A stretch of 64,000 nt of DNA, from sequence record NC_054919.1. One strand, written 5' to 3'. Positions 41,887-51,762 of the stretch are shown here, in pieces. Positions within the stretch are counted from its first letter, which is position 1; each line of letters starts with the position of its first letter. Made by a program: the position numbers and the translations under genes. A model generated the notes under the pieces. That model searched no databases. It was given only the letters and a program-made list of their open reading frames with translations, and had not been told where the DNA came from. Source of the DNA: Escherichia phage vB_EcoM_G4507.

Positions 41887-43065
41887 TTAAAAGTATTTTT
41901 TAAAACTCATCATAACTTTATCATCAACATCATTATCAATCTGTGCAACAAGGTAAGATGACAGTTCTACTTCTTGTGGCGCGGATTGAACATTATCAGA
42001 ATTAAGATATTCACGAATCCAAGGATACGGATGTTTAACCGGAGCATCGGTAATTGGGCATGGAAGACCACACTGTTTCATACGAGATACAGTTAAGTAA
42101 TCAATAAAGCTCCACATGCTATTTGTATTTAATCCAGGAACATCGCCGTCTTTAAATAAATGAACTGCCCAATCTTTTTCTTGGCGGTTAACTTCCATGA
42201 AAATATCAACTGCTTCTTGTTCACACTCTTGAGCAATTTTAACCCATTCATCGCCATCAGTGCCAAGTTGAAGTTGACGAATAATATATTGGGTGCCTTT
42301 AAGGTGAAGCTGCTCATCACGTGCAATGAACTTCATAATCTTGGCATTACCTTCCATGATTTCCATGTTTTTATGGAAGTTAAAGGTACATGCGAAAGAT
42401 ACATAAAAACGAATAGCTTCCAATGCGTTGATTACATGCAAACAGAGGTAAAGAGATTTCATTAGCTCACGCTTCCAATATGTCTCATGCTCAATAGCAT
42501 CTTCAATAACGTCTTCGTCTGCATTAATTTCTTTTTGGTATTCGATATCAGCTTTAGCGTTTTCCCAATAACGAGTTTTAATCAGAACATCATCATAATA
42601 ACGTCCAATGGATTCAGCACGTTTCATAATAGCTTCATCTAATACAATTTCATCAAATACCTTCGATGGATCAGTATAAAGATTTCGCATGATATGTGTA
42701 TATGAACGGCTGTGAATAGTTTCACTAAAAGTCCACGTAGCAACCCATGTATCAAGGCTTGGGTCTGAAATTAATGACATAAGTACAGCAGACGGCGCAC
42801 GACCCTGAATGCTATCCAAAAGTGATTGATACTTCAGATTATTAGTAAAAATATTTTGCTGATACTGAGGAAGCTTATTAAACTGTGCAGCATCCATCAT
42901 CAAGTTTACTTCTTCAGGACGCCAGAAAAATGATAATTGCTTTTCGGTTAAATCTTCAAAAACTTTATGACGTTGAATATCATAACGCGCAATACCAAGA
43001 CCTGAACCAAAAAACATAGGTTCTTTTAAAACATCAACTGGATTTGTATTAAAAACTGTGCTCAT
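41887..43065 (-). CDS. nrdB: ribonucleotide reductase small subunit NrdB (continuous, no intron)
   Basis: 392-aa uninterrupted ORF MSTVFNTNPVDVLKEPMFFGSGLGIARYDIQRHKVFEDL... Confidence 0.93.
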   Translation of the reverse strand: MSTVFNTNPVDVLKEPMFFGSGLGIARYDIQRHKVFEDLTEKQLSFFWRPEEVNLMMDAAQFNKLPQYQQNIFTNNLKYQSLLDSIQGRAPSAVLMSLISDPSLDTWVATWTFSETIHSRSYTHIMRNLYTDPSKVFDEIVLDEAIMKRAESIGRYYDDVLIKTRYWENAKADIEYQKEINADEDVIEDAIEHETYWKRELMKSLYLCLHVINALEAIRFYVSFACTFNFHKNMEIMEGNAKIMKFIARDEQLHLKGTQYIIRQLQLGTDGDEWVKIAQECEQEAVDIFMEVNRQEKDWAVHLFKDGDVPGLNTNSMWSFIDYLTVSRMKQCGLPCPITDAPVKHPYPWIREYLNSDNVQSAPQEVELSSYLVAQIDNDVDDKVMMSFKKYF

Positions 43066-43116
43066 AAATTTTCCGCTTAGTTAATAGATAGTGACTCGTC
43101 CATGAGTCAAATTATA

Positions 43117-45381
43117 TCATAATTTACAGGATGAACAATCTTCAGCTTTTGGAGTTTCTATTTCATAATCATCAGTACCAGAACCATCACGGGTATTATG
43201 ATAATAGAAATTTTTTCCGCCAAAATACCAAAAATACAAAAGGTCATCAATCATTATTGACATTGGAACCTTGCCTTTAGGGAAGATTTGGGGGTCATAA
43301 TATGTATTCGCTGAAGCTGATTGACACACCCATTTCAGCATAATAGCTACCTGCGTAAGATAAGGTTTATTACCTTTCTTAGCTAATTTCCATGTATAAT
43401 CATAGAGGTCTATGTTATGCTCAATATTGGGCACGACTTGATTAAAGGAGCCCTCTTTTGATTCTTTAACAGAGACTGGTCCACGTGGAGGCTCGATACC
43501 GTTTGTACTGTTAGAAACTTGGGAAGATGACTCACATGGCATAAGTGCTGATAATGTGCTATTACGGATGCCAAAGAGCTTAAGGTCTTCCCGCAGCGAC
43601 GACCAGTCACAAACGTATTTTGGAGCTGCGATTTGGTCAATCTTTTTATTGTACCAGTCGATAGGTAATTCGCCTCGAGACCAACGAGTGTCTGAATAAT
43701 ATTCGCAAGGTCCTTTTTCTTTGGCGAGCTTAATGGATGCTTTAATGAGTCCATACTGTAATCTCTCAAATAGTTCATGTGTTAAATCGTTAGCATCTTC
43801 ATAAGAAGCAAAGTTACTTGCCAGCCAAGCTGCATAGTTGGTAACACCTACACCGAGGTTACGACGCTTTTTGGCTTTTTCTGCTTCAGGAACCGGATAT
43901 CCTTGGTAATCCAAAAGATTATCAAGAGCACGAACTTGGACTTCTGCCAATTCATTAATTTTATCTTGGTCTTGCCAATCAAAGTTATCCAGCACAAATG
44001 CTGATAACGTGCACAATCCAATTTCAGCATCAGGACTATTCACATCATTTGTTGGAATAGCAATTTCACAGCACAAGTTACTCTGACGAATAGGTGCCTT
44101 TTCACGAATAAACGGAGTATAGTTATTCGTATTATCAATGAACTGTACATAAATCCTTGCTGTTCCTGAACGTTCAGTCATGAGCAATTCAAATAGTTCA
44201 CGGGCTTTAATACGCTTTTTACGAATATTAGGGTCTTTTTCTGCTGCTTCGTACAATTCACGGAAACGGTCTTGGTCTTTAAAATAAGAATAATAAAGTT
44301 CGCCACCCATTTCATGCGGACTAAACAAAGTAATGTAATCGTTCTTTCCGAATCGTTCCATCATTAGGTCATTCAGCTGGACGCCATAATCCATATGACG
44401 GATACGGTTTTCTTCTACACCTTTGTTATTTTTCAAAACGAGAAGATTTTCAACTTCCAAATGCCAAATAGGATAATAAGCAGTAGCAGCGCCGCCACGA
44501 ATTCCGCCCTGTGAACATGATTTAACAGCAGTCTGAAAATGTTTCCAAAAAGGAATAACCCCAGTATGGCGTACTTCACCCATGCCAATCTTAGAACCTT
44601 CGGCACGAATCATACCAACGTTAATACCAATTCCAGCGCGTTTAGAGATATATTCAACAATCGAAGCGGAAGCCTTATTGATAGACTTCAGCGAATCACC
44701 TGCCTCAATAACAACACATGAACTAAACTGTCGAGTCGGAGTACGACAACCAGCCATAATAGGAGTTGGTAATGAAATCTGTCGAGTAGATACTGCTTCA
44801 TAAAAACGAATAACATGTTTTAATCTATCAACAGGTTCATCTTGATGCAATGCCATTCCAATAGTCATAAATGCAAACTGCGGAGTTTCATAAATTTGAC
44901 CAGTGGTTTTATCTTTAACTAAATATTTTTCTTTTAATTGCATCGCCCCGGAATAAGTAAATTCCATATCCCGCTCGTGCTTAATTTTTGATTCTAAAAA
45001 TGTAATTTCTTCTGCTGAATATTTTGACAACAATTCAGGGTCATATTTACCTGCATTTACACAGTAAGAAATATGGTCAATAAATGAACGTGGTTCATAC
45101 TGCCCATAAACATGCTTACGAAGAGCAAACATTAAACAGCGTGCAGCTACATATTGATAATCAGGTTCTTCAACCGAAATAGAATTCGCAGCAGCCTTAA
45201 TGACAATAGTCTGAATATCATCAGTTGTCATTCCATCACGGAGATATGATTTAATATTTTCATATAATTCATAAGGATCTACTGATGTTCCCTCAGATGC
45301 CCAAGATAAAACTTTAATAATTTTTTGCGGGTCAAAGCTCTGAGAAACACCACTACTTTTGATAACATTAATTAATTGCAT
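43117..45381 (-). CDS. nrdA: ribonucleotide reductase large subunit NrdA
   Basis: 754-aa ORF with N-terminal ATP-cone region and class I RNR catalytic region; length matches T4 NrdA as recalled. Confidence 0.95.
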   Translation of the reverse strand: MQLINVIKSSGVSQSFDPQKIIKVLSWASEGTSVDPYELYENIKSYLRDGMTTDDIQTIVIKAAANSISVEEPDYQYVAARCLMFALRKHVYGQYEPRSFIDHISYCVNAGKYDPELLSKYSAEEITFLESKIKHERDMEFTYSGAMQLKEKYLVKDKTTGQIYETPQFAFMTIGMALHQDEPVDRLKHVIRFYEAVSTRQISLPTPIMAGCRTPTRQFSSCVVIEAGDSLKSINKASASIVEYISKRAGIGINVGMIRAEGSKIGMGEVRHTGVIPFWKHFQTAVKSCSQGGIRGGAATAYYPIWHLEVENLLVLKNNKGVEENRIRHMDYGVQLNDLMMERFGKNDYITLFSPHEMGGELYYSYFKDQDRFRELYEAAEKDPNIRKKRIKARELFELLMTERSGTARIYVQFIDNTNNYTPFIREKAPIRQSNLCCEIAIPTNDVNSPDAEIGLCTLSAFVLDNFDWQDQDKINELAEVQVRALDNLLDYQGYPVPEAEKAKKRRNLGVGVTNYAAWLASNFASYEDANDLTHELFERLQYGLIKASIKLAKEKGPCEYYSDTRWSRGELPIDWYNKKIDQIAAPKYVCDWSSLREDLKLFGIRNSTLSALMPCESSSQVSNSTNGIEPPRGPVSVKESKEGSFNQVVPNIEHNIDLYDYTWKLAKKGNKPYLTQVAIMLKWVCQSASANTYYDPQIFPKGKVPMSIMIDDLLYFWYFGGKNFYYHNTRDGSGTDDYEIETPKAEDCSSCKL

Positions 45382-45698
45382 AAGTCCTCAACTTGAAAAT
45401 CGTCTTTAAACAATCGGTTAACTATATGAGCTATTATATCACCATGACACGGCTTTGGTTTACATGTGCATCCTAGCCTCATTCCACGTAAAGGCTCTAA
45501 ATGTGCTTTAGTTATTTCTCCGGATTTAATTCGACGTATAAAATCTTTTTTGAATAATTCAATGGCAGCCTCCCGGCTGCCAGCATCTTTACCGACGTAA
45601 TTTCCCCAAAATGTACCGCGGTGAATATTAACATCAAAGTCGGATTTATATTTATTCACTACTCGGCATATACGGCCTGCGCGGTTGTAAGTGTTCAT
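45372..45698 (-). CDS. hypothetical Cys-motif protein (nrdA.1-like)
   Basis: 108 aa; conserved-looking motif [11 protein letters not shown]...[13 protein letters not shown]; overlaps the nrdA start by 10 nt. Confidence 0.6.
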   Translation of the reverse strand: MNTYNRAGRICRVVNKYKSDFDVNIHRGTFWGNYVGKDAGSREAAIELFKKDFIRRIKSGEITKAHLEPLRGMRLGCTCKPKPCHGDIIAHIVNRLFKDDFQVEDLCN

Positions 45699-45915
45699 AT
45701 TGTTCTTCCGTTAAAACAGTAATATCGTAGTAACAGTCAGAAGAAGTTTTAACTGTGGAAATTTTATTATCAAAATACTCACGGGTCATTTTATGAGTAT
45801 AATATTTTTTGCCATAAATGATAATAGGCTGATTTGGTCCTGGAACTTCTAACTCACTTGGATTAGGAAGTGTAAAAAGAACTACACCAGAAGTATCTTT
45901 AAATCGTAAAATCAT
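45652..45915 (-). CDS. hypothetical 87-aa protein (nrdA.2-like)
   Basis: ORF overlapping the next gene by 47 nt in another frame. Confidence 0.5.
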   Translation of the reverse strand: MILRFKDTSGVVLFTLPNPSELEVPGPNQPIIIYGKKYYTHKMTREYFDNKISTVKTSSDCYYDITVLTEEQYEHLQPRRPYMPSSE

Positions 45916-45938
45916 AAATCCTCACAATTAAATTAAAA

Positions 45939-46250
45939 TTACACCGCCATTTTTCCTTTCAAGACGCCGTGGGGCTGATAATCTTTGAGAACGAAATCTT
46001 TAGGCCTGAGTTTAAGAATGTATTCCAATTGTTCTTTAGTAGAAAGATAGCGGAATTTATAAGGCAATCCGCCTATTACCAGTTCACAAAGCTCTTTAGG
46101 TTCACGACGCAAAATTTCTTTACATTGTTCTACGTGATTCATATAGATATGAGTATTACCACCGGAAAATATCAAATCTCCCGGAATAAGATTACACATC
46201 TTAGCTACAATATGAACTAACGTAGCATATGATGCAATATTAAATGGAAG
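45939..46250 (-). CDS. td: thymidylate synthase, exon 2
   Basis: Exon starts CTACCGTTTAAT (LPFNIASYATLVH...) directly after the intron terminal G; joins in frame with exon 1 for a 286-aa product. Confidence 0.9.
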   Translation of the reverse strand, partial: LPFNIASYATLVHIVAKMCNLIPGDLIFSGGNTHIYMNHVEQCKEILRREPKELCELVIGGLPYKFRYLSTKEQLEYILKLRPKDFVLKDYQPHGVLKGKMAV

Positions 46251-47266
46251 CATTATGTTCAGATAAGGTCGTTAATCTTACCCCGGAATTATATCCAGCT
46301 GCATGTCACCATGCAGATCAGACTATATCTCCAACTTGTTAAAGCAAGTTGTCTATCGTTTCGAGTCACTTGACCCTACTCCCCAAAGGGATAGTCGTTA
46401 GGCATTTATGTAGAACCAATTCCATTTATCAGATTTTACACGATAAGTAACTAATCCAGACGAAATTTTAAAATGTCTAGTTGCATCTGCTGCACAATCA
46501 AAAATAACCCCATCACATGAAATCTTTTTAATATTACTAGGCTTTTTACCTTTCATCTTTTCTGATATTTTAGATTTAGTTATGTCTGAATGCTTATGAT
46601 TAAAGAATGAATTATTTTCACCTGAACGATTTCTGCATTTACTACAAGTATAAGCAGAAGTTTGTATGCGAACACCGCACTTACAAAACTTATGGGTTTC
46701 TGGATTCCAACGCCCGTTTTTACTTCCGGGTTTACTGTAAAGAGCTTTCCGACCATCAGGTCCAAGTTTAAGCATCTTAGCTTTAACAGTTTCAGAACGT
46801 TTCTTAATAATTTCTTCTTTTAATGGATGCGTAGAACATGTATCACCAAACGTTGCATCAGCAATATTGTATCCATTAATTTTAGAATTAAGCTCTTTAA
46901 TCCAAAAATTTTCTCGTTCAATAATCAAATCTTTCTCATATGGAATTTCTTCCAAAATAGAACATTCAAACACATTACCATGTTTGTTAAAAGACCTCTG
47001 AAGCTTTATAGAAGAATGGCATCCTTTTTCTAAATCTTTAAAATGCCTCTTCCATCTCTTTTCAAAATCTTTAGCACTTCCTACATATACTTTATTGTTT
47101 AAAGTATTTTTAATCTGATAAATTCCGCTTTTCATAAATACCTCTTTAAATATAGAAGTATTTATTAAAGGGCAGTCCTACAATTTAGCACGGGATTGTC
47201 TACTAGAGAGGTTCCCCGTTTAGATAGATTACAAGTATAAGTCACCTTATACTCAGGCCTCAATTA
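46251..47266 (-). ncRNA. self-splicing group I intron of td (1016 nt) carrying the I-TevI ORF
   Basis: Exon 1 ends CTTGGGT; intron begins UAAUUGAGGCCUGAGUAUAAGGUGACUUAUACUUG... and ends ...AUG. Boundaries give exactly 1016 nt and a uninterrupted td reading frame. Confidence 0.9.
46398..47135 (-). CDS. I-TevI: GIY-YIG homing endonuclease I-TevI (intron-encoded)
   Basis: 245 aa; MKSGIYQIKNTLNNKVYVGSAKDFEKRWKRHFKDLEKGCHSSIKLQRSF... with zinc finger CKCGVRIQTSAYTCSKC and C-terminal DNA-binding region. Confidence 0.93.
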   Translation of the reverse strand: MKSGIYQIKNTLNNKVYVGSAKDFEKRWKRHFKDLEKGCHSSIKLQRSFNKHGNVFECSILEEIPYEKDLIIERENFWIKELNSKINGYNIADATFGDTCSTHPLKEEIIKKRSETVKAKMLKLGPDGRKALYSKPGSKNGRWNPETHKFCKCGVRIQTSAYTCSKCRNRSGENNSFFNHKHSDITKSKISEKMKGKKPSNIKKISCDGVIFDCAADATRHFKISSGLVTYRVKSDKWNWFYINA

Positions 47267-47815
47267 ACCCAAGAAAACATCTACTGATCGTTGATACCAC
47301 TGCAAATCCAAATAGCCATTACGCACATTAAACTGATAGAACATATGACAAGGCGGTAATGCCATTTGCTTAAGTTCTGCCGGATTCCATGCTGAAACAA
47401 TTTGACGCCTATCATTTGGCAGTTTTTTAATACGATCAATAACTTCTATAATTTGGTCTACACCGCCAAAATCACGCCATTGTTTTCCATAAATTGGACC
47501 AAGTTCACCGCTATGGTATCCTAAATCTTTTGCTTGATTTTCGTAATTTTCATCCCAGACTGTTTTGCCTTGAATTAATGAATTATGTTGAATTAATCGC
47601 AAATCATTTACGTTAGTACTTCCTGATAAGAACCACAATAACTCAGAAATACATGCATTCCAGGCGAGCTTCTTAGTTGTTACTGCAGGAAAACCTTTAG
47701 TTAAATCCCAGCGTAATTTAGTACCGAACAAAGCAATTGTTCCTGTGCCCGTTCGGTCATCAGTTTCATAACCATTTTCAAAAATGTCTTTAATTAAATC
47801 TTGGTATTGTTTCAT
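47267..47815 (-). CDS. td: thymidylate synthase, exon 1
   Basis: 183 codons MKQYQDLIKDIFENGYETDDRTGTGTIALFG... ending VDVFLG, then in-frame UAA at the first intron codon. Confidence 0.9.
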
Positions 47816-47860
47816 TTAGTACCTTATATAAATTATAATACATTTTATGAAGCTAAATAA

Positions 47861-48208
47861 TCAATACGGTTTAGCATCAAATTTTCTCTCAATTTCAGGC
47901 GTGAAATATAATTCTTTACCGCGTTTGGAAAAGCGACCAATAATATGATAATTATTCTCATCAAACGTGATATTACCAATATCCATAGCTTTCAACCAAA
48001 TATCGATATTTCTATCCAGCTTTATGTCAAAATTCCAATACGGAGAACTATTACCGAAAATACTGCAAGCGGATTCAGTGAAACAACTGCTATAAATCTT
48101 GTCTTTAGGAACTACTAATTGATAGACACCTTTAATAAACTGAGGACCCTGCCATTTAGGTTGTTTCTCATCTTTTTCTAATAGAATAGGGTAATAATTA
48201 AAATTCAT
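47861..48208 (-). CDS. hypothetical 115-aa protein inserted between frd and td
   Basis: ORF starts 19 nt after the frd stop (co-transcribed); no recognisable motif. Confidence 0.55.
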   Translation of the reverse strand: MNFNYYPILLEKDEKQPKWQGPQFIKGVYQLVVPKDKIYSSCFTESACSIFGNSSPYWNFDIKLDRNIDIWLKAMDIGNITFDENNYHIIGRFSKRGKELYFTPEIERKFDAKPY

Positions 48209-48227
48209 ATTTCCGCCACGCGTTATT

Positions 48228-49054
<827 letters not shown>

Positions 49055-49065
49055 ATTATCTCCTA

Positions 49066-49398
49066 TTAAAAAGGATCAGGAATATATCCGCTAGCTTTAA
49101 TCATTTTAATTAACGTTAGCATTCCTTTATTAACCGCTCGTGAGATTTCATCAAAAACTTCATCACTAAAAAGTTCTAACACACCCTTCTGAACTTTTAA
49201 TTTACAGCCAACAATTTCGTCATCGCCTATAGTAAATTCATTACCACCAATTCCTCCGAAAAACTTAATTACACCAGTTAACTGTCTTCCACGAGAATAT
49301 GGGTCGTGTGATAAATTAATATGAGTCACCCCGGGTACAGTTTTAAATTGGCAGCGAATGTTTACTTGGGAAATTCCAGTTACATGAATATCAGACAT
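49066..49398 (-). CDS. hypothetical 110-aa protein (frd.x array)
   Basis: ORF with GAGGA Shine-Dalgarno. Confidence 0.5.
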   Translation of the reverse strand: MSDIHVTGISQVNIRCQFKTVPGVTHINLSHDPYSRGRQLTGVIKFFGGIGGNEFTIGDDEIVGCKLKVQKGVLELFSDEVFDEISRAVNKGMLTLIKMIKASGYIPDPF

Positions 49399-49408
49399 AA
49401 TATTTTCC

Positions 49409-49651
49409 TCAAACAGACTTTTTCACAATTTTCCAATCAGCTTTAAACTGTTCAACGTCAGAATGGTAAATCCAGAATCCTGCGCTTTCTCCATCCTCAT
49501 AAAGAGGGCATCCATCACATTCATCTTCCCATCCCATATCACGCAAAAGACGTTCAGCTTTTTCAACAAGTTCAGAATCTTTACCAATAATATTAAAATA
49601 CCATTTACCTCTAACTTCTGAATCTTTGATACTCTGACGTTGTAATCTCAT
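49409..49651 (-). CDS. hypothetical ~80-aa protein (frd.x array)
   Basis: ORF-track start 49708 lies inside a GTTTAC-N18-TACTAT promoter; trimmed to ATG 49651 preceded by AAGGAG. Confidence 0.5.
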   Translation of the reverse strand: MRLQRQSIKDSEVRGKWYFNIIGKDSELVEKAERLLRDMGWEDECDGCPLYEDGESAGFWIYHSDVEQFKADWKIVKKSV

Positions 49652-49708
49652 TTTATTCTCCTTAGTTGATAAGGCTATAGTATCACTACCATAGCCTGTT
49701 GTAAACAA

Positions 49709-49969
49709 TTATTTTTGAATTTTATCGAGCCACTTACCAAGCTTAATCATTTCTTTAGTAGCCTTTTCCATACTTCTGAACTTAACCAATAGAGGATAGG
49801 TATCGACACCCATAACTAAACTGGTTACAAGACTGTGTTCACCCACAAGCCATAACGAATACGTTTGAATATCGAGCCCGTAATTTCTGTCTTTGTGGAC
49901 CCGTACACCTATCACTTCAAATTTCTCACTAGCTTTTTCTACCGCATCCAGGAAATCATCTTTAGTCAT
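49709..49969 (-). CDS. hypothetical ~86-aa protein (frd.x array)
   Basis: ORF-track start is TTG at 50002; ATG 49969 has TAAGG Shine-Dalgarno. Confidence 0.45.
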   Translation of the reverse strand: MTKDDFLDAVEKASEKFEVIGVRVHKDRNYGLDIQTYSLWLVGEHSLVTSLVMGVDTYPLLVKFRSMEKATKEMIKLGKWLDKIQK

Positions 49970-49970
49970 A

Positions 49971-50336
49971 TTAGGCCTTAAAAGTTTTTCGCAAAAGTTC
50001 AATGATTTCGTCTACATTGTTTTCATCTACAATGCAGTGAATTTTTGTTACGCCAGAAACCTTGTCTTTGACTTCATCTTCTTCAGAAGTCGGTTCTTTA
50101 TACTCGCGAAAACAATGAAATTCGTCTTCACAAACGTTAAAGTAAAAATGCTTTCCATTTGCGCATTCAATGTGTTTTATTACTCTAAATCCATCAACAA
50201 AGAAAGCTTCTTTAACTTCAAACCATCCGCCGTTTTCTTGAATAATTTTAACTATTGATGAATTAGAACGTGGGCGATAATTAATAAATGTATCAATAAG
50301 TCTTGGAACAAGCTCATACTTTTTGCCGATATACAT
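49971..50336 (-). CDS. hypothetical ~121-aa protein (frd.x array)
   Basis: ORF-track start 50393 crosses hairpin 50358-50375; ATG 50336 preceded by GAGGAAACC. Confidence 0.5.
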   Translation of the reverse strand: MYIGKKYELVPRLIDTFINYRPRSNSSIVKIIQENGGWFEVKEAFFVDGFRVIKHIECANGKHFYFNVCEDEFHCFREYKEPTSEEDEVKDKVSGVTKIHCIVDENNVDEIIELLRKTFKA

Positions 50337-50382
50337 TACGGTTTCCTCATTTTGATAGGGGCTTGATAGAGCCCCTTGATAA

Positions 50383-50610
50383 TTATTGTTCAATCAGTCC
50401 CATGTAAAATTCTGCGTCTTCAGAATCCATGCCATCACAATATTCATTAGCCATAAAGCGGGTGAGGTCTTCAAGAGGACCTTCAATAACGATTTGAATA
50501 CTCCAAAACTTAGAATCTTGTACGCTTGTGATACTAAGTTCAGGATAACGATTACGAATAATTTCTTCAATATATTCAAAATCAACGATGTCAATATCAA
50601 CTTTAGCCAT
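50383..50610 (-). CDS. hypothetical ~75-aa acidic protein (frd.x array)
   Basis: ORF-track start 50673 trimmed to ATG 50610 ([13 protein letters not shown]...) preceded by AAAGAGGAAAATAAT. Confidence 0.5.
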   Translation of the reverse strand: MAKVDIDIVDFEYIEEIIRNRYPELSITSVQDSKFWSIQIVIEGPLEDLTRFMANEYCDGMDSEDAEFYMGLIEQ

Positions 50611-50713
50611 ATTATTTTCCTCTTTAATTATCAGCAGTATTGCCGATAGTTGTATAGTACCATGGAAGGACAAGGATGTAAACCGTTTTGTGAAAAATTT
50701 TTAAAATAAAAAA

Positions 50714-50732
50714 GGGGACCCTAGAGGTCCCC
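50714..50732 (-). terminator. hairpin GGGGACC-UCUAG-GGUCCCC downstream of gene 32
   Basis: 7-bp perfect stem 22 nt after the gene 32 stop, in an A/U-rich context. Confidence 0.55.
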
Positions 50733-50754
50733 AATTAATTAGTAATATAATCTA

Positions 50755-51663
50755 TTAAAGGTCATTCAAAAGGTCATCCAGGTCCGTGTCATCAGCACTA
50801 GATGAACTGCCAGAGCTTGAGCTCATAAAATCATCTTCAGTTTTTGTATTGAAGTCATCAACATTGAATGCATCCAAATCATCAGCAACTTTATCAGCTT
50901 TCTTAGCAGCAGTTGCAGCGGCACCGCCCATCACAGCAGTTCCCATAACTTGACCGAATTTAGTGCTCAGTTCTTCAAATGATTTGAATTTATCTTTAGA
51001 AGTCATTTCAGAAAGGTCAACCATTTGTTCGAACAGTTCTTTCTGAAAAGATTCATCATCAATGTTTGGAATCGCAGATTGATTCAGGAATTTAGATTCA
51101 TCGTAGTTACTAAATCCAGAAACCTGTTTAACTTTCAGTACAAAGTTAGCACCTTCCCACGGACAAGTTACATCAACCGGAGTTTCACCCATTTCAACAT
51201 CAACTGCAATCATTGCATTGATTTTATCCCAGATTTTCTTACCGAAACGGTATTTAAATACTTTACCTTCATTTTCTGGAGCAGCTGGGTCTTTTACAAC
51301 AAGAATGTTAGCCCAGTAAGAAGTTTTACGTTTAACAAGACTGTACTCTTTATTGTCAGTGTTGTACAGATCATTTTTACTGATGTATTGACATACTGGG
51401 CAAGAATCGTAATCACCGTGGGTAGATGAACAGTTTTCAATATACCATTTACCATTTTTCTTGAAACCGTGATTTACAAGAATTGCGAATGGTGCTTGTT
51501 CATCATTTTTAGACGGAAGAAAACGAATTACTGCTTGACCGTTACCCGCATTGTCGAGTTTCAGTTTCCACTCGCCTTTATCTTCAGAAGAAAAACCACC
51601 TTTATTTCCAGCCAGTTTAGCCATTTGCGCAGCGAGTTCAGCAGTAGATTTACGTTTAAACAT
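50755..51663 (-). CDS. 32: single-stranded DNA-binding protein gp32
   Basis: 302-aa [55 protein letters not shown]... with acidic Ser/Asp-rich C-terminal tail. Confidence 0.95.
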   Translation of the reverse strand: MFKRKSTAELAAQMAKLAGNKGGFSSEDKGEWKLKLDNAGNGQAVIRFLPSKNDEQAPFAILVNHGFKKNGKWYIENCSSTHGDYDSCPVCQYISKNDLYNTDNKEYSLVKRKTSYWANILVVKDPAAPENEGKVFKYRFGKKIWDKINAMIAVDVEMGETPVDVTCPWEGANFVLKVKQVSGFSNYDESKFLNQSAIPNIDDESFQKELFEQMVDLSEMTSKDKFKSFEELSTKFGQVMGTAVMGGAAATAAKKADKVADDLDAFNVDDFNTKTEDDFMSSSSGSSSSADDTDLDDLLNDL

Positions 51664-51696
51664 TTTTATTTCCTTTTTAATTTAATTAACAGTTGG

Positions 51697-51729
51697 TGCT
51701 ATGACGATGTATGACCTCATAGCTGGTCA
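51697..51729 (-). promoter_or_regulatory. gene 32 autoregulatory translational operator (5' pseudoknot; AU-rich leader follows)
   Basis: Minus-strand RNA UUGACCAGCUAUGAGGUCAUACAUCGUCAUAGC: stem A UGACC/GGUCA and stem B GCUAUGA/UCAUAGC are interleaved (H-type), followed by about 30 nt of A/U-rich sequence before the ATG. Confidence 0.6.
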
Positions 51730-51762
51730 ATGAGATAATTATAATCTATTTATAATAAGCAA

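Noticed and set aside
51025-51429. 134-aa plus-strand ORF within gene 32 (also 7462-7866 within gene 23, 4339-4641 within gene 20)
   Set aside because: Antisense to highly conserved structural or replication genes; no promoter or ribosome-binding site; rejected as non-coding.
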